From assembly GCA_963674595.2 (NCBI GenBank), contig CAXXFV010000015.1, forward strand, positions 64,001 through 128,000: a DNA stretch of 64,000 nt. The letters are read 5' to 3'. How positions within the stretch are numbered: the stretch's first letter is position 1; each line of letters begins with the position of its first letter. Positions 42,154-50,248 of the stretch are shown in pieces. The notes beneath the pieces were generated by a model that did no database searches, had not been told where the DNA came from, and saw only the letters and a program-made list of their open reading frames with translations. This DNA is from a bacterium (GTDB lineage: Bacteria; Zhuqueibacterota; Zhuqueibacteria; Residuimicrobiales; Krinioviventaceae). Position numbers and translations under genes: made by a program.

Positions 42154-42809
42154 TAATATAATATTGCCTCTTTAAGGCGATCTATTTTTGTTTTATTTTC
42201 TGAGGCTTTATTAAATTCGATCTGAAGGGTTTTGTCGTTAAAATCGTCGATTAATTTTAGAGGAATTTGTACGGCACCCATTGAGTTTGGTGTATACTTT
42301 TCATTTAAATGATTAAAATGTAAAACCCAATTGTTGAAATTATTATTTTGATGGTCCCAAAGAAAAAGAGAACATGAATTTTTTCCAGGATTGGTCATTA
42401 TCCGAATGGCGATTTGATCTTTTGGAAGTGATAAAAGATCAAAATCCTTCAAGGATGTTTTTCCCGGTACCCCGTTGGCTTGAAAAAGGACCTTGGTTTT
42501 ATAGGTTCCAGGTTCACTTTTATTTAAATCAGCGGGTTCACAAATTATCAAACCGTATCTGATTTCCGGGTGGTTGGATAATTTTTTGGAAAAATCGATG
42601 ACCTTGTTTGAAACAGGCCTGGAAAGTTCATGAATTAATAACTTGTAATAGGATTCGATTTTTTCCAGAGTTTCTCTGCATGAAGAACATTGTTGGAGAT
42701 GTAGTTGGATTCTCTTCCTAGACTCTTCATTTAATCCTTCTTCCAGGAACAAATATTCAAGGTCGATAGCAGAAGGACAATGCTTGCTTGTTTTGCTCGT
42801 ATTTTTCAT
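42153..42809 (-). CDS. Putative zinc-finger (zf-HC2/ZAS) anti-sigma factor-like protein
   Basis: N-terminal HCPS...L..L....I..HLQQCSSCRE (HxxxCxxC); soluble C-terminal domain. Confidence 0.75.
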   Translation of the reverse strand: MKNTSKTSKHCPSAIDLEYLFLEEGLNEESRKRIQLHLQQCSSCRETLEKIESYYKLLIHELSRPVSNKVIDFSKKLSNHPEIRYGLIICEPADLNKSEPGTYKTKVLFQANGVPGKTSLKDFDLLSLPKDQIAIRIMTNPGKNSCSLFLWDHQNNNFNNWVLHFNHLNEKYTPNSMGAVQIPLKLIDDFNDKTLQIEFNKASENKTKIDRLKEAILY

Positions 42810-42844
42810 GATGTTTTTCAGTGATTTTTGGTGTAAAGTTTGGT

Positions 42845-42879
42845 TGAATTGTTTTGTTACATTGTATCACTATAATACA
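42845..42879. promoter_or_regulatory. Tandem TGT-N11-ACA-type site, copy B
   Basis: TGAATTGTTTTGTTACA-T-TGTATCACTATAATACA, with the same 18-bp tandem spacing as 44290-44324. Confidence 0.5.
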
Positions 42880-42906
42880 AGCAAGCATCAAATTTTACGG
42901 AAAAAA

Positions 42907-44022
42907 TTATAATAATTCTTTTAATTGTTTGCGAAAGTTTCTTTTGGCAACTTTGGCAAGGTATTCAAAAACGGAACGTTCGTTATTTCGATATTCCTTT
43001 TGTGATAGTTCGGGCAGGTAATGTTTCAAATTCCTGTAATAGGAAGATGTATCCTTTTTTTGTATTAAATCATATAATACATCTTTTAAAGCTTTTGTGT
43101 ATGTTGTTGATTTTTCTTCAGATAGTTTACCGCTGTCGACGTATTGTTTTTGGATTTTTTCAGAAATTTCATCCATAACAATTTCTATATATCCTTCAAT
43201 TTCTTTGTTTTCCAAATTGTCAATAGGTGTTGAAACATGTCCTTCAGAATTTAATTTTTCTTTATAGGATTCAAATTTTAAACTTCTCAAAAGTTTAACT
43301 ATTTTATCAATAGCTAAATAATTTTGAGATTCGGTATTGTTGTATACAAGCTCAAGTATTTTTTTGATGGAATTTGATATCGAGTCACCTGGATTGTATA
43401 TCTGAAGAAATTGGCTGTGTAAAATTTCTTCTGTGATCGGTGGTTTTGTTTTACGAAGATACTGCAAGAGTTCTTTGTTCTGAATGTTTTCTTCGGGATT
43501 GTAGTGAAAACCATTTTTGTAAAAGACGAATTCACGTCCCATTTCCTGAAAAAATGACAGTTTTTCAGAACTTCTAATGGCGACTTTGATGTTTCTTACA
43601 ATCTTGGCGCCTTCAGGGTCTCTTTCTCTGAAAATGCGTGATAATTCTTGTTTGGTTTTTCTTACAATTAAACGGCGAGTTAAAATGAGTACGTCCGAGT
43701 CTGTAATGTTTTCAAGCTCGGCGAATTTTGTTTCATAGTACTTTTTAAGTTGAGGGAAGGAACCATTTTCATCGCGGCTAAAAAGTTCAGCGATGCAGTC
43801 TATGGCTAAATCTCCCAGTTCGATTTCGGTGTTTAGCCTTTCACCCGAAATTCTTTTGCCTGTTACTTCTTGATATTTTAGATATCCTAATGAAATTTTT
43901 TGTGCCCAATTTATATATTGGACAAGCTGTGCCTGGCTGTAATCGCCGGAGCAAATGCTTTTGACGAGATCAATAAAATTTTCTTTCATTCCGCAAATAT
44001 CTCTTTTTTGTTTAACGGCCAT
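42907..44022 (-). CDS. Hypothetical protein, putative divergent ECF/sigma70-like factor
   Basis: DLAIDCIAELF and LTRRLIVRKTKQEL resemble sigma region 2; basic helical C-terminus; directly upstream of a ZAS protein. Alternative start at 43989. Confidence 0.55.
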   Translation of the reverse strand: MAVKQKRDICGMKENFIDLVKSICSGDYSQAQLVQYINWAQKISLGYLKYQEVTGKRISGERLNTEIELGDLAIDCIAELFSRDENGSFPQLKKYYETKFAELENITDSDVLILTRRLIVRKTKQELSRIFRERDPEGAKIVRNIKVAIRSSEKLSFFQEMGREFVFYKNGFHYNPEENIQNKELLQYLRKTKPPITEEILHSQFLQIYNPGDSISNSIKKILELVYNNTESQNYLAIDKIVKLLRSLKFESYKEKLNSEGHVSTPIDNLENKEIEGYIEIVMDEISEKIQKQYVDSGKLSEEKSTTYTKALKDVLYDLIQKKDTSSYYRNLKHYLPELSQKEYRNNERSVFEYLAKVAKRNFRKQLKELL

Positions 44023-44192
44023 CTTGTAATTTCACCGCACTCCCATCACCAATAGTATAAATCCTATTATGAACCCATTAGATGGCTAAAAACGATGCGG
44101 TTGGCACCTGACTAGGGCGGCATAATTCTTACCTATTTTAAAATTTGCTGCGCCAATTAAAGGTTTAGGTGCGTCTGAGTATTTTTCTTTAC

Positions 44193-44207
44193 GCAAATCA
44201 TGTACCA
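44193..44207 (-). promoter_or_regulatory. Sigma54 (-24/-12) promoter of the sigma-like gene
   Basis: Minus strand TGGTAC-ATGAT-TTGC, one mismatch from TGGCAC-N5-TTGC with exact spacing. Confidence 0.7.
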
Positions 44208-44289
44208 TGTTTGTAAAAGTTATGGTGCCTGTAATAAGCTGTTTTTGTTAATCTGTAAACAGCAGAAAGCTTAATGTTGTATTTATTTT

Positions 44290-44324
44290 TGTTGTGTGGT
44301 GAAACACTGTATCGTTGTGATACA
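44290..44324. promoter_or_regulatory. Tandem TGT-N11-ACA sites (candidate enhancer/UAS), copy A
   Basis: TGTTGTGTGGTGAAACA-C-TGTATCGTTGTGATACA; the second site is the palindrome TGTATC-N5-GATACA. Lies about 85-120 nt upstream of the sigma54 element. Confidence 0.6.
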
Positions 44325-44397
44325 AAATTTGCTTTTTTGATGATTTTAGCATAAATGTTTCAATTATAGCTGTCGTTTAAAAGTATTGCTAAAAAAG

Positions 44398-44426
44398 TTG
44401 ACTTTTAATTTTCTGATTTGTATATT
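44398..44426 (+). promoter_or_regulatory. Sigma70-type promoter of the tRNA/tadA cluster
   Basis: TTGACT-N17-TATATT, 16 nt upstream of tRNA-Glu. Confidence 0.75.
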
Positions 44427-44442
44427 AATAGGCTTTATATTT

Positions 44443-44515
44443 GGCGCGTTCGTCTAGGGGTCTAGGACGCTGGCCTCTCACGCCGGTAACACGGGTTCGA
44501 ATCCCGTACGCGCTA
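44443..44515 (+). tRNA. tRNA-Glu (CTC)
   Basis: Acceptor GGCGCGT/ACGCGCT; anticodon arm CTGGC-CTCTCAC-GCCGG; T-loop TTCGAAT; CCA not encoded. Confidence 0.96.
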
Positions 44516-44537
44516 CGTAAAAAGTTTGATTAAAAAT

Positions 44538-44611
44538 GCGCTCGTAGCTCAATTGGATAGAGCATCTGGCTACGGACCAGAAGGTTGGGGATTCGAGCTC
44601 CTCCGAGCGCG
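44538..44611 (+). tRNA. tRNA-Arg (ACG)
   Basis: Acceptor GCGCTCG/CGAGCGC; anticodon arm TCTGG-CTACGGA-CCAGA; T-arm GGGGA-TTCGAGC-TCCTC. Confidence 0.94.
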
Positions 44612-44634
44612 CTTTTTAAAGAACGGTTCTCATT

Positions 44635-45087
44635 ATGGACGACCATAGTAAATGGATGCAGGAAGCCTTGAAGGAAGCTGAAAAGGCTTTAGCAAAAAAT
44701 GAAGTGCCGGTTGGCGCTGTTGTTGTTTGTGATGAAAAGATAGTCGGTCGCGGGCATAATTTGATTGAAACGCTTCAGGACCCGGCGGCACATGCGGAGA
44801 TGCTTGCCATTACCGCCGCTTCTAATACGTTGGCATCCTGGCGACTTGACGATTGCGTTTTATATGCAACATTAGAGCCTTGTTTAATGTGTGCAGGTGC
44901 AATTCTTTTATCACGAATACCGCTTGTCGTTTTTGCTGCTGAGGATCCCAGACTAGGCGCCTGTGGAAGTGTTGTCAATGTTTTGGAAAACGAAAAAATT
45001 GATTTGCAGGCAAAAATGATCAAGGGCGTTCTTGAGGAACCGTGTAGTAAAATTTTAAAGGATTTTTTTAAAAAATTGCGCCAATAG
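44635..45087 (+). CDS. tadA: tRNA adenosine(34) deaminase
   Basis: [27 protein letters not shown] and FFKKLR. Confidence 0.95.
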   Translation: MDDHSKWMQEALKEAEKALAKNEVPVGAVVVCDEKIVGRGHNLIETLQDPAAHAEMLAITAASNTLASWRLDDCVLYATLEPCLMCAGAILLSRIPLVVFAAEDPRLGACGSVVNVLENEKIDLQAKMIKGVLEEPCSKILKDFFKKLRQ

Positions 45088-45103
45088 GCGTTTTATTGTT
45101 TTG

Positions 45104-45188
45104 GGAGAGGTGCGAGAGTGGTTGAATCGGGCGGTCTCGAAAACCGTTGTGCCTTCGGGTACCCAGGGTTCGAATCCCTGTCTCTCCG
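45104..45188 (+). tRNA. tRNA-Ser (CGA)
   Basis: Acceptor GGAGAGG/TCTCTCC; GCGGT-CTCGAAA-ACCGT; long variable arm; TTCGAAT. Confidence 0.96.
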
Positions 45189-45243
45189 CAAAGAGTGAGT
45201 CGTGGCGCTAAAAATATGGGGGATTGGAAAAAAGTTTTTTTAA

Positions 45244-45329
45244 GGAGAGGTGTCCGAGAGGCTGAAGGAGCACGCTTGGAAAGCGTGTGTAGGCAACCCC
45301 TACCGCGGGTTCGAATCCCGCCCTCTCCG
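45244..45329 (+). tRNA. tRNA-Ser (GGA)
   Basis: Acceptor GGAGAGG/CCTCTCC; CACGC-TTGGAAA-GCGTG; long variable arm. Confidence 0.96.
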
Positions 45330-45340
45330 CTCTTTTTTTT

Positions 45341-45413
45341 GGGGCCGTAGCTCAGTTGGGAGAGCGGTACGTTCGCAACGTACAGGTCGTGGGTTCAACT
45401 CCCATCGGCTCCA
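45341..45413 (+). tRNA. tRNA-Ala (CGC)
   Basis: Acceptor GGGGCCG/CGGCTCC with G3:U70; GTACG-TTCGCAA-CGTAC. Confidence 0.96.
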
Positions 45414-45416
45414 CTT

Positions 45417-45686
45417 GGCTGTGCTAGATGGGGAGCTAGCGGTGCCCTGTAACCTGCAATCCGCTATAGCAGGATCGAATTCCCATTCTGAGGTTTGCTC
45501 GTTATGGTATGATGATGGAAAGCGATGTTGATGGTCCAAGCCCTGCGCAATGAAGGAGTACCCAACCCCGTCAGGATCGGAAGATAGCAGCGGTAAGTAT
45601 TGAATTCATGTGCCGCAGGAATTTTTGGCTGGAGTTGGCTATCATTTTCTTGTCATAAAAGAGGAATCGAGGATGGGTGCACAGCC
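45417..45686 (+). ncRNA. ffs: Large bacterial SRP RNA with Alu domain
   Basis: Terminal helix GGCTGTGC/GCACAGCC; Alu-domain GGGGAGCTAGCGGTGCCCTGTAACCTGCAATCCGCT; helix 8 TCAGGATCGGAAGATAGCAGC; located directly upstream of dnaX. Confidence 0.93.
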
Positions 45687-45735
45687 TTTATGAATCCTCA
45701 AAATCATTCTGGAATTACAAAACGAGAGTATCTTC

Positions 45736-47430
45736 ATGTCCTACCTGGTTTTAGCGAGAAAATATCGCCCCATGTTTTTTGAGGACGTTGTGGGGCAGCA
45801 GCATGTTTGTGTTACTCTACAAAATGCTATTGAAAAAAAACGTATTGCTAATGCATATATTTTTTCCGGTCCCCGGGGTGTCGGAAAAACCACGGTTGCC
45901 CGATTATTATCCAAAGCTTTAAATTGTGAACATGGACCAACAACGAAACCATGTAATAAATGCTCGTCTTGTCTGGAGATTAACGAAAGCCGAAGTCTCG
46001 ATGTTTTTGAAATAGACGGCGCGTCCAATCGTGGTATTGATGAAGTACGAAATCTTCGTGATGGTTTGAAATATTCATCAACTCCGGGTAAATACAGAAT
46101 CTATATTATCGACGAAGTTCACATGCTCACCAACGAAGCATTTAACGCTTTGTTAAAAACGTTGGAAGAGCCGCCGGCGAATGTATTGTTTGTTTTTGCA
46201 ACAACCGAATCCCATAAAATTCCTGCTACCATTCTTTCCAGATGTCAGCGTTTTGAGTTTAAACGCATGTCTACACAAAACATTATAAAACAATTGCAGG
46301 AACTTTGCGTTAAAGAAGAAATTGAAATTGACAATGAATCGTTACGTCTTGTTGCCAGTAAAGCCGATGGCAGTATGCGGGACTCGGAAAGTATTTTAGA
46401 CCAGGTCATAGCATTCTGTGGGAAAACGATCCAGGCTAAAGATGTTTCGAATTTGCTGGGAATTATTGATACCAATCTGTTTTTTCAGGTTACCGATTTT
46501 ATTAAAGAAGGCAATGTTGAAGGTGGAATAGAGCTGTCGTCAAAGATTTTTGTGGAAGGATATGAATTTAACGAATTTTTGGCCGGGTTAGCTGAACACT
46601 TGCGAAATTTTCTCATTGTTTGTACAACCGGTAAAACTGAAGAGCTTAATGTGTCAGAGGAACATGCACAACGTTATTTAAGCGAAAAAGAACATTTTCA
46701 GGTTGAAGACCTTTTAAGATTATTGCAGGTTGCTACGGATGCCATGACGATTATTCGGAAAAGCACCAACGCCAGATTGCACCTGGAAATATCGCTCGTA
46801 AAAATGATAAAAATGAGCAAAAGCCTTCAACTTTCACAAATTTTAACTTCTATCGAAGAGTTAAAAAAAAAGCCCCTGCCGACCGTAGCTAGTCCTTCTC
46901 ATGGTGATAAACCTGTACAAAAATCTGTAACGATACCAAAGGTCAAGTCGTCGGGAGTTTTGAGCTTTATGCCGGACAAATCTACCGTCGCGCAAAGCCC
47001 GGATATTCCCCCGGAAGAAAATGGTTCTAGTGAACAATTATCGGCTGATATTTCTTTGGCTGATCTTGAAAAGAAATGGGACTCTATAGTTGATTTTGTT
47101 AAAAAGAGCAAAATTGCGTTGGGTACATTTTTAGGAGAGGGCTGGCCGGTTTCATTAACAGACAACAAGTTGATAATCGCTTTGGATGAGAATAATGGAT
47201 TTCATATCAGTACATTAAAAAAGAACAATGCTGCTGTTGAAGAATTGCTGAAGGAATATTTGGGTGTTCAATTAAGTATAGAGTATATAAAGGACAGCCA
47301 GGGAATGCTGGAATCGGTAAACAGAAAACCGCAGCAAGTTGACAAGGCTTCCGAGTTTGACAAGCTTAAGGAAGAAAATCCATTGGTGCAAAAAATTGTC
47401 GATACATTTGATGCAAAATTTGTAAAATAG
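45736..47430 (+). CDS. dnaX: DNA polymerase III subunit gamma/tau
   Basis: LARKYRP, GPRGVGKTT, C..C..C, EIDGASNRG, IDEVHML and SRC. Confidence 0.97.
   Translation: MSYLVLARKYRPMFFEDVVGQQHVCVTLQNAIEKKRIANAYIFSGPRGVGKTTVARLLSKALNCEHGPTTKPCNKCSSCLEINESRSLDVFEIDGASNRGIDEVRNLRDGLKYSSTPGKYRIYIIDEVHMLTNEAFNALLKTLEEPPANVLFVFATTESHKIPATILSRCQRFEFKRMSTQNIIKQLQELCVKEEIEIDNESLRLVASKADGSMRDSESILDQVIAFCGKTIQAKDVSNLLGIIDTNLFFQVTDFIKEGNVEGGIELSSKIFVEGYEFNEFLAGLAEHLRNFLIVCTTGKTEELNVSEEHAQRYLSEKEHFQVEDLLRLLQVATDAMTIIRKSTNARLHLEISLVKMIKMSKSLQLSQILTSIEELKKKPLPTVASPSHGDKPVQKSVTIPKVKSSGVLSFMPDKSTVAQSPDIPPEENGSSEQLSADISLADLEKKWDSIVDFVKKSKIALGTFLGEGWPVSLTDNKLIIALDENNGFHISTLKKNNAAVEELLKEYLGVQLSIEYIKDSQGMLESVNRKPQQVDKASEFDKLKEENPLVQKIVDTFDAKFVK
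46863..46892 (+). other. A9 / A-AAA-AAG slippery site in dnaX with nearby stops in both alternative frames
   Basis: In-frame TTA AAA AAA AAG; +1 frame TAG at 46886-46888; -1 frame TAG at 46890-46892. Confidence 0.65.
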
Positions 47431-47442
47431 GAAGGATATTTT

Positions 47443-47784
47443 ATGATGAATAAAGCTGCTATGGGAGGGTTGCTAAAGCAAGCCCAAAAAATGCAACAAG
47501 AAATGGAAAAAGCACAGCAAAATTTGGTTAATATACAGGTAGAAGGTACAGCCGGTGGTGGAATGGTGAAAGTAACGGCAAATGCTGCTCAGGAAATTCT
47601 TGAAGTAAAAATTGATCCTGAAGTTGTAGATCCTGAGGATGTTGAGATGCTGGAAGACCTGGTCCTGGCTGCAATTAATCAGGCCCTGGAAAATGCAAAA
47701 AGCACGGCAGAACAGGAAATGGGCAAAATTACCGGAGGCATGTTGCCGGGTGGTATGGGCGGATTGAAATTGCCTGGTTTTTAA
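47443..47784 (+). CDS. ybaB: YbaB/EbfC nucleoid-associated protein
   Basis: [15 protein letters not shown] and [14 protein letters not shown]. Confidence 0.95.
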   Translation: MMNKAAMGGLLKQAQKMQQEMEKAQQNLVNIQVEGTAGGGMVKVTANAAQEILEVKIDPEVVDPEDVEMLEDLVLAAINQALENAKSTAEQEMGKITGGMLPGGMGGLKLPGF

Positions 47785-47817
47785 AAAGTATATGTATATA
47801 AATTTTTTCGAGTTATT

Positions 47818-48417
47818 ATGATAAAATATTCATCTGATGCAGTGGAAAAAGCAATCCATGAGTTGTCAAAATTGCCTGGAATCGGACGAAAAACAGCTCA
47901 ACGCCATGTATTCCATTTGTTAAGACTGTCTAAAGATGAAGTGGAACATCTGGCCCATGCCATTATTGATTTGAAGGACAAAGTTAAACATTGCTCTATA
48001 TGTTTTAATATTTCAGAAAATAATATATGTAAAATCTGTTCGAGTGAAAAGCGGGACAAGAAAATTATTTGTGTTGTTGAAGAAGCCAATGATATTATAG
48101 CTTTGGAAAAGACAGGGGAGTTTAAAGGATTTTATCATGTTCTGGGTGGTGTCCTTTCGCCATTGGACGGAATCGGTCCCGATGACTTGAGAATCAAGGC
48201 GTTGCTAAGTCGATTGACGCAGGACGTAGAAGAGGTTATTGTCGCCACAAATCCTAATACGGAAGGAGAAGCCACAGCGCTGTATTTATCAAAATTGATT
48301 AAACCAATGGGGATCAAGGTTACACGAATTGCCAGGGGAATTCCGGTTGGCGCTGATTTGGAATATGCGGACGAAGTCACTTTATCTAGAGCTCTTGAGG
48401 GGAGAATAGAATTTTAG
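47818..48417 (+). CDS. recR: Recombination mediator RecR
   Basis: [11 protein letters not shown]; C4 zinc finger; Toprim CVVE...YHVLGG; EGEATA. Confidence 0.97.
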   Translation: MIKYSSDAVEKAIHELSKLPGIGRKTAQRHVFHLLRLSKDEVEHLAHAIIDLKDKVKHCSICFNISENNICKICSSEKRDKKIICVVEEANDIIALEKTGEFKGFYHVLGGVLSPLDGIGPDDLRIKALLSRLTQDVEEVIVATNPNTEGEATALYLSKLIKPMGIKVTRIARGIPVGADLEYADEVTLSRALEGRIEF

Positions 48418-48530
48418 ATCAAATTTTTGAATTGATAATACCACTTGCCTTTATCACTTAATTTTTTTAATATAACTAAATTATTTTGTAGAATATATGT
48501 GTAATTTGTCGGGAATGTTCGGGCTTTATT

Positions 48531-48998
48531 ATGAAAATAGAAAAGCAAGATTTTAGTGCATTAGCTATTGCCAGTACGTTGGGATCAGGTTTTTTCCCTA
48601 TTGCTCCGGGTACTGTCGGCGCTGCTGTTGCCGCGTTTGTTATGTGGTTTGTGCCTTATACTGATTTGGGACTTTTGGTTTACATCGTTTTATTTTTTCT
48701 AGTCGGCGTATATGCTTCTACTGTTGCAGAGAAATATTGGGGACATGATGCCGGAAAAATCAACTGGGATGAAGTTGTGGGCATGATGATTACCGTATGG
48801 TTATTGCCGAAAAATATTATTGTATTTATTGCAGCATTTTTTGTCTGCCGTATTCTGGATATTATTAAACCCTATCCCGCTAATAAATCTCAAGAGTTGC
48901 CGAAAGGATGGGGCGTCATGGTGGATGATGTTATTGCCGGAATTTATGGAAATATCTTGCTGCAAATAGTATTTCGTTTTTTAATAAAAGTTAATTAA
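48531..48998 (+). CDS. pgpA: Phosphatidylglycerophosphatase A
   Basis: GSG..PIAPGT.G, DEVVG, DIIKP.P and G.GVM.DD..AG. Confidence 0.92.
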   Translation: MKIEKQDFSALAIASTLGSGFFPIAPGTVGAAVAAFVMWFVPYTDLGLLVYIVLFFLVGVYASTVAEKYWGHDAGKINWDEVVGMMITVWLLPKNIIVFIAAFFVCRILDIIKPYPANKSQELPKGWGVMVDDVIAGIYGNILLQIVFRFLIKVN

Positions 48999-49002
48999 CT
49001 TT

Positions 49003-50241
49003 ATGAATATAGAAATTATAAGTATTGGTGATGAACTGCTTATAGGACAAACCATCAATACAAATGCAAGTTGGATGGGGGAAAAGCTCTTTGAAATAGG
49101 TACCACCGTCAACTGGGTAACAACAGTTGGCGATGACCATGATCTTCTCATCAAAACGTTGGAGATTGCGGAACAGCGAGCAGACGTTATTTTGCTGACA
49201 GGCGGTTTGGGACCAACCCATGACGATGTAACGAAAAAGGCTGTTTGCTCTTTTCTGAAATCAGAGTTGGTTGTTGACCAGGTTGTTCTGGAACATGTGA
49301 AAAAAATGTTTCGGGAACGTGGGATAAAAATGGTCAAAGTGAATGAAGAACAGGCTATGGTGCCGGATAAAGCCAAGGTTATTAATAATCCTGTCGGCAC
49401 AGCGCCTGCCATGTTTTTTGAGAAGGATGGTAAAAAATTTTTTGTAATGCCTGGTGTACCTTTTGAAATGAAGGGCATTATGCAGGAATCTGTTTTACCT
49501 GCTGTTAAAGAATTGTTGAATGGAAAAGTAGCAAAAAAGAAGTTTATTGCTACTATTGGTATTGGCGAAAGCACGCTTTTTGAAAAAATCGGCAACATTG
49601 AAGAGGTTGAAAAATATGCCCGTGTTGCATTTTTACCCGGTTTTTCAGGTGTAAAAATCAGGTTGATTGCTGATGGTAAAAATAGTACAGAAGCTGATGA
49701 AAAACTAAAGCAGGCTGATACTCTTATTCAAAGAAACATTAAAGAATTTATTTACGCCGAAAAAGATATACCCCTGGAAGAGGCTATTGTTCATCTATTA
49801 ACTGAAAAAAATAATACCCTGGCTGTAGCCGAGTCCTGTACCGGCGGACTTTTAGCCAGTAAAATTACAAATGTCTCTGGCAGTTCACAGGTTTTTCTTG
49901 AAGGCGTTGTTGTTTATAGTAATCAGGCCAAAGTCAACAGACTTGGTGTTCCGGAAAATTTGATCAATGAACACGGGGCTGTCAGCCCCCAGGTTGCTGA
50001 AAAGCTTGCGGAACAGGTGAGAAAGTTGTCCGGTGCGGATTTTGGTTTGGCAACAACAGGTATTGCCGGGCCGACCGGAGGAACTCCGGAAAAGCCCGTT
50101 GGTCTTGTTTATTTAGGCTATGCCGATAAAAATGGCGCCTTTGCAAAAAAATACATGTCCAAGCTTAATCGGCTTGAAAACAAGGAACGGTTTTCTTATG
50201 CCGCTCTTGATTTGCTTCGGGTTAATTTAAAAAAGGTTTGA
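49003..50241 (+). CDS. cinA: Competence/damage-inducible protein CinA (MoCF-like domain plus PncC)
   Basis: GDELL.G, GGLGPTHDD, AESCTGG and TGIAGP.GG. Confidence 0.95.
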   Translation: MNIEIISIGDELLIGQTINTNASWMGEKLFEIGTTVNWVTTVGDDHDLLIKTLEIAEQRADVILLTGGLGPTHDDVTKKAVCSFLKSELVVDQVVLEHVKKMFRERGIKMVKVNEEQAMVPDKAKVINNPVGTAPAMFFEKDGKKFFVMPGVPFEMKGIMQESVLPAVKELLNGKVAKKKFIATIGIGESTLFEKIGNIEEVEKYARVAFLPGFSGVKIRLIADGKNSTEADEKLKQADTLIQRNIKEFIYAEKDIPLEEAIVHLLTEKNNTLAVAESCTGGLLASKITNVSGSSQVFLEGVVVYSNQAKVNRLGVPENLINEHGAVSPQVAEKLAEQVRKLSGADFGLATTGIAGPTGGTPEKPVGLVYLGYADKNGAFAKKYMSKLNRLENKERFSYAALDLLRVNLKKV

Positions 50242-50248
50242 TTTTTTT

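Noticed and set aside
44095-44175. Resemblance of the leader (GCACCT...TAGTCAGGTGCCAACCG) to the 3' half of a c-di-GMP-II riboswitch
   Set aside because: The 5' P1/GAAAC and kink-turn elements are not visible and the spacing is off. Kept only as an unclassified structured leader.
45147-45782. Short ORFs at 45147, 45250, 45300 and 45600
   Set aside because: They overlap tRNA-Ser, tRNA-Ala and the SRP RNA, so they are translation artefacts.
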